A stretch of DNA of 64,000 bases from a virus (Duplodnaviria; Caudoviricetes): the IMG/VR virus record IMGVR_UViG_3300047551_002158. One strand, written 5' to 3'. The notes under the pieces were generated by a model. It worked only from the letters and a program-made list of their open reading frames with translations, made no database searches and was not told the DNA's origin. The position numbers and the translations under genes were made by a program. Shown here one piece after another: positions 24,399 to 34,800 of the stretch (its first letter is position 1; every line of letters starts with the position of its first letter).

Positions 24399-24420
24399 AA
24401 AATTTCCGGAAAAAAATTTT

Positions 24421-24621
24421 ATGGAAAAAGAGGAAAGAGTATATCACATATACGCAAAGGGTGAGTGTATCTATCACAGCTTATCAGAGGAAAAATTCAC
24501 TGAGACCTGGGAGATGTTACACAGAATGGTTGATTTATTAGGTGCGAATATTTCAGTGAAAGATTTAGAGTATGAGGAAGTTTATGTGAATAAACTCATA
24601 CCACTAAACTCTTCATATTGA
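24421..24621 (+). CDS. small hypothetical protein
   Basis: 66-aa ORF. Confidence 0.7.
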   Translation: MEKEERVYHIYAKGECIYHSLSEEKFTETWEMLHRMVDLLGANISVKDLEYEEVYVNKLIPLNSSY

Positions 24622-24669
24622 CAATTACTAAATAGAACGATAAAATTGATCTGAAGGTTATTTTAACTT

Positions 24670-25437
24670 ATGGCAAAAGGATTTACTGTTAAGACTGTAC
24701 CTCCCAAAAAGAGTACAGAAGAGTGGGATTATGATGCAATTAAAGAACGTATGAAAGGCAAGTCGATTGTCTTTTGTTTGCCTGGAAGAGGTTGTTCTTT
24801 TATCTTTCTAAAAGCATTTGTACAACTCTGTTTTGATCTTGTACAAAATGGCATGAGTATTCAGATTTCTCAAGATTATTCATCGATGGTGAATTTCGCG
24901 CGTTGTAAGTGTCTGGGTGCAAATGTTCTTCGTGGTCCCAAGCAAGTTCCTTGGGATGGAAAACTGCAATATGATTATCAACTATGGATTGATAGTGATA
25001 TTGTTTTTGATACTCAAAAGTTCTGGCAACTCTGTGATGTTGCACTCTCTGCTGAAGGAGAGGAGCGTGAAATTGTCGCAGGATGGTATGCTACTGAGGA
25101 TGGTCACACAACCTCTGTCGCACACTGGTTAGAGGAAGATGATTTCCGCAAGAACGGTGGAGTAATGAATCACGAAACTGTTGAATCAATCTCCAAGCGT
25201 CGCAAACCATTTACTGTTGACTACACTGGATTTGGATGGGTGCTGATTAAGAAGGGTGTTTTTGAGAATCTTGAATATCCTTGGTTTGCTCCAAAGATGC
25301 AAGTCTTTGAATCTGGTGCAGTTCAGGATATGTGTGGCGAAGACGTTTCATTCTGTCTTGATGCAAAGGATCAGGGATTTGAGATCTGGTGCGATCCTCG
25401 TATTAGAGTTGGGCATGAGAAAACTCGTATTATCTGA
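24670..25437 (+). CDS. putative GT-A fold glycosyltransferase-like protein
   Basis: LWIDSDIVF (DxD motif), TGFGWVLIK, GEDVSFC...RVGH. Confidence 0.7.
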   Translation: MAKGFTVKTVPPKKSTEEWDYDAIKERMKGKSIVFCLPGRGCSFIFLKAFVQLCFDLVQNGMSIQISQDYSSMVNFARCKCLGANVLRGPKQVPWDGKLQYDYQLWIDSDIVFDTQKFWQLCDVALSAEGEEREIVAGWYATEDGHTTSVAHWLEEDDFRKNGGVMNHETVESISKRRKPFTVDYTGFGWVLIKKGVFENLEYPWFAPKMQVFESGAVQDMCGEDVSFCLDAKDQGFEIWCDPRIRVGHEKTRII

Positions 25438-25595
25438 TGGAAAGACTTTATAATATTCTTTATAAAGGGCGTAAAATTTATACAAATCTCACTGCAGAAG
25501 ATTGCAGTGAGATTCTTCAAGACTTCGCAGAGCGTTATTTCTCGGGTGAAGATATGAATCCAAATGATTTAGAAATGGAGGAAATTTATGGCTAA
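25437..25595 (+). CDS. small hypothetical protein
   Basis: 52-aa ORF read by eye, TGATG-coupled. Confidence 0.6.
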   Translation: MERLYNILYKGRKIYTNLTAEDCSEILQDFAERYFSGEDMNPNDLEMEEIYG

Positions 25596-25728
25596 AGGTG
25601 GAAGCAATAAGACTCTTTTTGAACCAGGAGCACCAAAGAAGACTCGTCAAGGACGTTCTCCTCGTACATTGCTGAGTCCAACCTCTCGTAATGGACGCAA
25701 GAAAAAGTATAGGGGTCAAGGTAAATAA
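25588..25728 (+). CDS. small basic protein
   Basis: 46-aa ORF read by eye (…GRKKKYRGQGK), GGAGG SD. Confidence 0.65.
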   Translation: MAKGGSNKTLFEPGAPKKTRQGRSPRTLLSPTSRNGRKKKYRGQGK

Positions 25729-25768
25729 TTTTTTAGAGTGCTTAAATAGAAATAAGCACTCTTTTTTT

Positions 25769-26239
25769 ATGTTTACAGAAAAAGAATCTTATATTTTAAA
25801 CTGGATTAAGAAAGTATCTGAAATTAGACCAGAATTAAATGGGTTTGCAGTCTGCCCTTTTGCCTCAAATTCAAAATATAAAATTATAGAGTGCTCTGTT
25901 GAAGAAATTCAACCAATTGAAGGATATCAAGTTATCATTTATATTATAGAGGACTATTTTGATCTCGATTCTGTCCAATATTGGGTAGAATTCTACAACT
26001 CAAAGTATAAAGATTGGAAATTTTTTGAAGATTGTGGGTGTTATGACACTTATATTCAAGGAATTCAAACAAATAACGGTAAATACAACTTAATTTTAGC
26101 TCAACCCACTGAAAAATTACGTCAATTTAGAGAAAAATTAGCAAAAACTGGATATTATGACTTATGGGATGATGAATATCTAAAAGAAATTCTTGAAGAT
26201 GAATATGATATTATAAAAACGCGGGATAGAACCCCGTAA
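25769..26239 (+). CDS. hypothetical protein (CPFA motif)
   Basis: Track ORF 25691..26239; likely ATG at 25769, after a TAAATA that sits in a hairpin. Confidence 0.65.
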   Translation: MFTEKESYILNWIKKVSEIRPELNGFAVCPFASNSKYKIIECSVEEIQPIEGYQVIIYIIEDYFDLDSVQYWVEFYNSKYKDWKFFEDCGCYDTYIQGIQTNNGKYNLILAQPTEKLRQFREKLAKTGYYDLWDDEYLKEILEDEYDIIKTRDRTP

Positions 26240-26271
26240 AAAGTTCTGATTTTCATTAATCAGGAGCAAAA

Positions 26272-26433
26272 ATGGACCAAAAAATGCTAAGAGAGATCGC
26301 AAATGATGATCTTAATCCTAAAAAACACAATTTTAACGTTCAAAATGAACTTCATTCAAAAATTCGTAATGATGAAGACTATGATGACTGGGAATATGGC
26401 ACTGAACCTCTTTATGAAGCAAAAAATCGCTAA
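26272..26433 (+). CDS. small hypothetical protein
   Basis: 53-aa ORF read by eye, AGGAG SD. Confidence 0.6.
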   Translation: MDQKMLREIANDDLNPKKHNFNVQNELHSKIRNDEDYDDWEYGTEPLYEAKNR

Positions 26434-26459
26434 TAAATAAGATAGATTTATAATTAAAA

Positions 26460-26861
26460 ATGCCTCTAGAAAGGGTAAGTCAAGGTTTCAAAGATATTAG
26501 TATGACCTTTCAGAGCAATCCTCTGAATCGTGACTTGATTGCCCTTAAAAATGAGACTGCTATTGCACGTTCTGTGAGAAATATTGTATTTACTTTACCT
26601 GGAGAGAAATTTTTTAATGAAAATTTTGGATCAAAAGTAAGTAGATCTCTATTTGAAAATATTGATGAGATTTCTGCATCTATTATCAATGATGAAATAA
26701 GAAATTCTATCGCAAATTATGAACCAAGAGTTAGATTAATTGATGTGCAAACTACTCCAGACTATGATAACAATGGATTTAATGTTGTTATTGTTTATAG
26801 AATTGTTGGTATAGATGTTCAGCCGCAACAGTTACAGTTCGTTTTGCAACCTACTAGGTAA
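26460..26861 (+). CDS. gp25: baseplate wedge subunit, gp25-like
   Basis: IARSVRNIVFTLPGEKFFNENFGS...YEPRV; position at the head of the baseplate cluster; late promoter upstream. Confidence 0.9.
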   Translation: MPLERVSQGFKDISMTFQSNPLNRDLIALKNETAIARSVRNIVFTLPGEKFFNENFGSKVSRSLFENIDEISASIINDEIRNSIANYEPRVRLIDVQTTPDYDNNGFNVVIVYRIVGIDVQPQQLQFVLQPTR

Positions 26862-28796
26862 ATGCCATTAGTAAACTTTTCAAATCTGGACTTCGACCAG
26901 ATTAAAACTTCAATAAAAGATTATTTGAGATCCAACTCAAATTTTACCGATTATGATTTTGAAGGATCTAATCTTTCAACTATTATAGATGTGTTAGCAT
27001 ATAACACATATATTACTTCATATAATGCAAATATGGTTGCAAATGAAGTTTTTATTGATAGTGCTACTCTCAGAGAAAATGTCGTTGCTCTTGCAAGAAA
27101 TATTGGATATATTCCCAGGTCAAGAAAAGCAGCAGCTGCTGCAATAACTTTTTTTGTAAATACAGCAAATGCACAAATAGGCGATAGAATATCTTCACTA
27201 ACTTTAAAAAAAGGTGTTGTAGCATCAACAAGTGGAACTTTTGCAAATCAATCTTTTGTATTTTCCATTTTAGATGATATTACCGTTCCAGTAATTGATA
27301 ATATTGCAACTTTTAATAATATTCCAATTTATGAGGGAGTTCTTTTAACTACAAACTTTACCTTTGATTCAAGTAATTTAAATCAAAGATTCATATTACC
27401 AAATGCTGGCGTAGATACAGCACTCATTTCAGTAACAGTAAAAGAAAGTGTAAATTCTACTGCAGCAGTTAAGTATGCACTTCAAGATAGTGTTTTCAAC
27501 GTAAACAAAGATTCCAAAGTATACTATCTCCAAGAAATAGAAGACGAAAGATATGAATTAATTTTTGGAGATGGAATTCTTTTTGGTAAAAAGTTAGAAA
27601 ATAACAATTATATAGAAGTTAATTATATCGTATCAAATGGTGATGGTGCGAATGGTATAAATCAATTTACTTTTGCGGGAAGACTGACCTATACAAGAAA
27701 TGGAATAGAATATAATGCAACTTCTGGAATATCTCTACTAACGACTGAGGTTGGTTCTCGTGGTGGTGAAAATATTGAATCTGTAGATTCAATTAAAAAA
27801 TATGCACCAAGAATTTATGCTTCTCAAAATAGAGCATTGTCTGCAAATGATTATGAGGCATTGATTCCGACAAAAATTTATCCAGAAACAGAATCGATAT
27901 CAGTTTTTGGTGGAGAGGAACTGATTCCTCCACAATATGGAAAAGTTTTTATTAGCATAAAACCAAGAACTGGTGATTTTTTACCAAATCTTATTAAAGA
28001 GAATATCAAAAAAGAACTTAAGAAATATGCCGTTGCTGGAATAGTTCCAGAAATTTTAGATCTCAAATATCTTTATATTGAAGTTGATTCAAAAGTTTAT
28101 TATAATACAAATTTAGCTCCAAGTTCTGCATATGTTTCAAGTGTTATTCAATCTAATGCAAACAAATACTCAGAATCTACTGAATTAAATAAGTATGGAG
28201 CAAGATTTAAATATAGTAAATTCCTAAAAATAATTGATGATAGTCATGAATCTGTGACTTCTAATATAACCAAATTGCAAATCAGAAGAGACTTAAGAGT
28301 TTCTTTGAATACTTTTGCAGAATATCAAATTGGTTTTGGAAATGCATTTCATATTAAAAGTGCAAATGGGTATAATGTCAAGTCATCTGCATTTAGAACT
28401 ACTGATTTTCAAGAGTTTGTGTATCTATCAGATATACCTGACACAAATAGAACTACAGGAACTATGTTCTTGTTTACTGTTCCAAATGTAAATTCAACTG
28501 CAGCAACTATAGTAAAGAGAAATGTTGGAACAATAGATTATGAAAAAGGTATCATTACATTAAATCCGATCAACATATTATCAGCAAAGATAAAAGATAG
28601 TCAATCAATTATTGAAATTTCTGCAATTCCAAAATCAAATGATGTGATAGGATTGCAAGATTTATATCTTCAACTAGATATTAATAAGAGTACTTTTGAA
28701 ATGGTCCCTGATGACATATCTTCTGGTTTGGATCCTTCAGCATCCAACTACATTGTAACCTCAAGCTACAGCAACGGAAATTTAGTAAGATCATAA
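26862..28796 (+). CDS. gp6: baseplate wedge subunit gp6
   Basis: LDFDQIKTSIKDYL...FTDYDFEGS...ATLRENVVALARNIGY; QNRALSANDY. Confidence 0.92.
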   Translation: MPLVNFSNLDFDQIKTSIKDYLRSNSNFTDYDFEGSNLSTIIDVLAYNTYITSYNANMVANEVFIDSATLRENVVALARNIGYIPRSRKAAAAAITFFVNTANAQIGDRISSLTLKKGVVASTSGTFANQSFVFSILDDITVPVIDNIATFNNIPIYEGVLLTTNFTFDSSNLNQRFILPNAGVDTALISVTVKESVNSTAAVKYALQDSVFNVNKDSKVYYLQEIEDERYELIFGDGILFGKKLENNNYIEVNYIVSNGDGANGINQFTFAGRLTYTRNGIEYNATSGISLLTTEVGSRGGENIESVDSIKKYAPRIYASQNRALSANDYEALIPTKIYPETESISVFGGEELIPPQYGKVFISIKPRTGDFLPNLIKENIKKELKKYAVAGIVPEILDLKYLYIEVDSKVYYNTNLAPSSAYVSSVIQSNANKYSESTELNKYGARFKYSKFLKIIDDSHESVTSNITKLQIRRDLRVSLNTFAEYQIGFGNAFHIKSANGYNVKSSAFRTTDFQEFVYLSDIPDTNRTTGTMFLFTVPNVNSTAATIVKRNVGTIDYEKGIITLNPINILSAKIKDSQSIIEISAIPKSNDVIGLQDLYLQLDINKSTFEMVPDDISSGLDPSASNYIVTSSYSNGNLVRS

Positions 28797-28800
28797 TAAA

Positions 28801-31800
28801 ATGACAGAAAAAAGAGTCCAATTTAAAAATATCATCCAAAATCAACTTCCACAATATGTTAAGGAAGAATTTCCGTTAATTGGAGAATTTTTGAAGCAAT
28901 ATTATGTCTCACAAGAATTTCAAGGTGCTTCTGCTGATCTCATTCAGAATATAGATCAATATATCAAATTAGATAGTATTAAAAGTAACGTAGATTACAC
29001 TACATTGACATCTGATGTATCTATTTTTGATACCACAATAAGTGCAGAAAACACAATTGGATTTCCGGACTCTTATGGTCTTATTCAAATAGATGATGAA
29101 ATAATTACATATACTGGAAAAACAGAAGACTCGTTTATTGGTTGTATAAGAGGATTCAGTGGTGTCAGCTCATACAACACTGATAATAAAGTAGACGAAT
29201 TAGTTTTTACAGACTCAAATCTCGCAGTTCACTCGAAGGAAACAGATTCTGGAGATTCGACAAAAATTATTAATTTGAGTTCTCTATTTTTAGTAGAATT
29301 TTTTAATAAAATTAAATATCAATTATCTCCTGGATTTGAAAATAGAGAATTTTATGAAAATTTAGATAAGTATCTATTTGTTAAGCAATCGAAGGATTTT
29401 TATTCTACAAGAGGAACAGATCTTTCATTTAAAATCTTATTTAAAGCTTTATATGGAGAAGATGTTAAAGTAATAAGACCACAGGATTATCTTATTAAAC
29501 CATCAACCTCCCAATATAATGTTACAAATGATCTTGTTGTTGAGTCTATTGTAGGTGATCCATATGAATTAGAAAATTCTACTCTTTTTCAAGATGAATA
29601 TGGAAATATTTCTAAAGGATATGTTTCTATTTCTAACGTAGAAAAAATATTAACACAAGACGATAAATCATATTATAAACTAAGTTTTGATGGTGGATAT
29701 AATAAGGATATAAATGTTGATGGGGCATTATATGGGAATTTTTCGATACATCCAAATACTAAATTAATTGGAGAGGTTTCTTCGGGATCAAATACTCTCG
29801 ATGTAGATTCAACAGTAGGATTTCCATCAAGTGGCGAATTATCAATAAAATATCTTGATGGGACAGAAGGTGTAGTTACATATACTTCAAAAAGTTTAAA
29901 TCAATTTTTTGGTTGCGAAAATATACAAAAAACCATTTTAGATAAGACTAATATTTGGTTGAATACTTATGCATATGGCACATCAAATAAAAATATCAAT
30001 GAAATAATTAAGGTCAGAATTACATCAGTATTAAAAAATGTAGATATAATTGATAGTACATACTATCAAGAAAGAAAAAATATTGGAGTTATTAGGACTT
30101 TAGGTGATAATTCGAAAGATTTTATTTTTAATGATTGGTTCTTTAATATTTCAACAAGCAATAAAGTACTATCACTGACTTTAATTGATAATGTTAGCAA
30201 AATATATCAAATATCAACAGAATTTGATCATAACTTAAGACTTGGTGATAGAATTAGGTTAATTTCCAGTGATGGTACAGAAAAAAATTCAAAGATTATT
30301 GATGTAATTTCAAATAGAATTGTTCAAGTTTCTGATCAAGGTGATTTAGATTTAAATATTAAATATTTGATTCAAAGAGTTTTATCTAAAGTAAATTCCT
30401 CAAAATATTCATATCTATCCGAGCAAACATCCAACGTACAAAACGTCTACAAAGATTACAATAAAGTATTAGTATCTTCACCTTCTTTACCATATTATTA
30501 TGATCAACCATTAAATGCCTTTGACAGATCTGTTACTTTTTCTGGTACTTTTTATGAAGGAGATGACACCTTCAATATTTCTAATCATGGATTCTATACT
30601 GGAGATTCCGTATATTATAGTTCTGGATCTGGATCTTTATTTGATGATGGAATATATTTCGTAAAAAGAATAGACTCTAACAATATAAAATTTTCAAAGA
30701 GTAGGTCAAATATATACAATTCAATTTTCATTAGTTTATCATCTGACGTAACTGTAATAGACAGTAAAATAGAAGATGCTAATTTTTATAATAAAAAATT
30801 AGCATCACAAAAAATATTGAGAGAAATTGCTCCACCAGTCGATGATGGGAATGAATATGAAACTAATAATGGAACTATTGGTATATTCATAAACGGAGTA
30901 GAAATCTTAAATTACAAATCTAGAGATAAAATTTATTATGGTCCAATACAAGAAATTAAAGTATCTAATCCTGGTTCAAATTATGATGTAATAAATCCAC
31001 CAGTTTTATCGATTTCAGATTCTGTTGGAGTTGGTGCTACTGGATATTGTTCAGTAAAAGGATCACTTAGATCAATAAGAGTGCTTGATGGTGGATTTGA
31101 TTATACAGAAACACCAAAAATTAATATTACTGGTGGAAATGGATTTGGGGCAAAAGCAAATCCATTAATGAAGTTGGTGGAGAATAAAGTATATTTTAAT
31201 TCTCAAAGTCAATCCAATTTAGTCAATTTAGCGAGCGACACTATTGGATTTACCACTTATCATAGATTTAAACAATCAGAAAAAGTAATTTATAATTCAG
31301 AAGGTCAAACTTCCATAGGTGGATTAACTCAAAATTCTTCTTATTATGTTTCAATACAAAGTCCATATGAAATTAAATTACATAATACTTTCGAAGATTC
31401 TTTCTCTGGGATTAATACTGTTGCATTAACTTCATATGGTGTCGGTAATCATTTTATAAAGTCTTACAATAAAAAACAGGTACTATCTTCAATTAGTATT
31501 GAAAATTCTGGTTTTGATTATGAAAATAAAAAACGAACTGCAAAACCAGAATTAATTGATATACATCTAGACAAAATTAATATAGAAAATCATGATTTTA
31601 AGTCAGGAGAAATAATTACTTATTCTACAAATGGATCCACGATAGGTGGTTTAAGTAATAACACTGATTATTATGTTACCAAGATTGATAATGATTCTTT
31701 TAAATTATCTACAATTGGAATTGGAACTGATAACAAAGATTTTTACTATACAACAAATCAATATATAGATTTTACCTCAACTGGTTCTGGTATTCATGTT

Positions 31801-34800
31801 TTTAATTATCCAGAAATTACAGTAGAAGTTATTGGAAATGTTGGAATTTCTTCCATAAATGGAAATTCATTTACTGCCAGAGTTGAACCAATTTTTAGAG
31901 GACAAATAACATCAGTTCATTTAGAAGAAACTGGTGTTGGATATGGATCTTCTGAAGTATTAAATTTTAAAAGAAATCCATCAATTAGTTTAAAAAATGG
32001 ATCCGAAGCAAAACTTGTTCCGATAATTAATGATGGCAAAATAGTTCAGGTTTTAATTAATAATCCAGGGAAAGATTATAATTCAATACCCGATTTAAAT
32101 ATTTTTACAAATGGCAACGGTAGCGGAGCGGTACTTGAGCCAATATTAGAAAATGGACAAATTAAATCAGTAAAAGTTATTGAAAATGGTTATGGATATG
32201 ATAGAAATAATACATTTATAAATGTTAGTTCTGCAGGAAGTGGGGCAGAATTTGATATAAAGTTAAAAACATGGACAGTAAATCTTTTTACAAAATATTT
32301 TTCTAAGATTTCTGGTGATGATGGATTTATATTTGATAACAAAAAATCAAATTATGGATTAGAATATGCACACTTATATGCACCTAGAAGACTAAGACAA
32401 TCGGTATATTCTAAAAATTCTGAGGGAAAAACCATTTACGGAGTAAAAGATTTAAAAATTAATAATGTTGAAATATCTTCTTCAGAACATTCTCCAATAA
32501 TTGGATGGGCTTATGATGGAAATCCAATTTATGGTCCATATGGATACTTGAATAAGGATACTGGAACAATATCTCAAATGAAGTCTGGATATGTTCTCAT
32601 CGGTCTTAGTGATGACAGACCACCATTTCCCTCAGGATTTTTCGTTGAAGATTATGAATATCGTAATAGTAAAGATAATGATGTTTTGGATCAACATAAT
32701 GGAAGATTCTGTATAACTCCAGAATTTCCAAACGGAACTTATGCGTATTTTGTTACGTTAGAAAAAAATGCTATTCGTAACGACTCTTCTAATCCATTTA
32801 ATGGATATAAAGTACCAGCATTCCCGTATGTTATTGGCAACAGATTTAAATCAAAACCAAATGAATTTAACTTTAGTAAATTTTCAAACCAAGATGATAT
32901 CAATCTAAATGAAACAAATTGGATAAGAATTACTACACAATATAATTTAGATAAAGAAGAAAATCTGTATAATTATCTAACAAAACCAAGTAAGTTGGAT
33001 CAATTAGTTACTATCAAATATGCTTCTCCTGGATCAGTAGAAAAAATTGATATTGTAAGCGGTGGAGAAGACTATAAAGTAAATGATTTAATTACTTTCG
33101 ATGAAACGGCAACAGGTGGATTCGGAATTTATGCAAAAGTTTCTGAATTAGAAGGAAAAACTATTGATAGTATTAGTGGAGTAACTTCTTCTATTTACAA
33201 TCTTGATCTGTATTCTTCTGAAGGAAATAGTAATATTTTTGTAATTCAATCAGAATCTCCTCATCGTTTTTTAAACGGAGATATTGTAACAATCAATTCC
33301 TCCGGTCTTGGTACTATTTTCTCCCCTATACAAACATCTTCTACAATTGGCGTATCTACAAATACTCTTGCAATTTCAGATAATCTTGGAATATCATCCG
33401 TATCAACTACAGGAATTGTAACTTATTTTTCTGTTTTTGGAAATCTTCTAACTTCAGGAATTCGTGAAAATGATGTTTTTTCAATTAAAAATGAAAAAGT
33501 AAAAATATTAAATGTAGATCCAAATTCTTCTAGAATTAGAGTTTTAAGATGTATTGATGGGACTATCGGATCTGCACATAGTTTTAGTGAAGTTTTATAT
33601 GAAATTCCCAGAAGATTTACAGTAAATGAAAGATATTCTCCCCTTCCAAATAATAAATTAAACAAAGAAATATATTTTGATCCGAAAGAATCTTTAGGAA
33701 TAGGAACATTATCTGGAGCTGGAATCGGGGTTACTATTTTCTTCTCAAATCCAGGTCTAGGCATCACTAGTGTTTTTGTTCCAACTAAAGCAATATACAT
33801 TCCAAATCATAATTTGGATACTGGTGATGAATTAACATATTTTACAAATTCGGGAACAGGAATATCAATATCTATAAATGGAACAACATCTTTAACTTTA
33901 TCTGATCAATCCAAAGTTTATGTTGGAAAAATTTCAAATGATTTGATAGGAATATCCACAGTTAAAGTTGGTTTTGGTTCTACTGGAACATTTGTTGGAA
34001 TTGGTAGTACAAACATTTCTTCTAGTACCTTATACTTTACTGGTATAGGAACTGGAACTTATCATAGTTTTAAAACTAATTATGAAAAAGTTACCGGACA
34101 AGCATCAAAAAATATAGTCACAGTCTCTACTGCACAAACACATGGATTGAAGAATAATGACTATGTTTCTGTTGAAGTGAAATCTGGAATTTCAACAATA
34201 TTTGTTATTAAGTATAATGACAACAATAGAAGATTAGTAGTAAATCCAAGATCTTTTTCTTCAGTTGGCGTTAATACAATTACAAATTCAATAACAATTC
34301 CAAATCATAAATTTAGAAACGGACAAAAGTTAATCTACACTTCAACTTCTCCATCTGGTGGATTAGTTAATAATAAAATATATTATGCTGTGATTTTTGA
34401 CGAAGATACAATTAAACTTTCATCTTCATTCTATGATTCCGTTTCAACAATACCTGAGATTATTTCTATAACATCTTCATCTAGTGGTACTTTATCGCCA
34501 GTAAATCCTCCGATTAAAATTTATAAAAATTCTTCAGTAACATTTGATCTTTCAGACTCTTCACTCTCATACACAGTTAATTCTGTCAAATACTCGGCGT
34601 TTAATTTTAATTTATATCTCGATTCAAAGATGTCGAAAGTTTTTGAAACGACATCTTCAAACACTACTTTTGAAGTGCAAAAATCAGGCAGCATTGGAAT
34701 AAATTCTACAGCAAAAGTTACATTAAAAATAAATGACAATATACCAGAAGGTTTGTTTTATAATTTAGACGTACTATATTCCGAATTAATTCCCAGCGAA

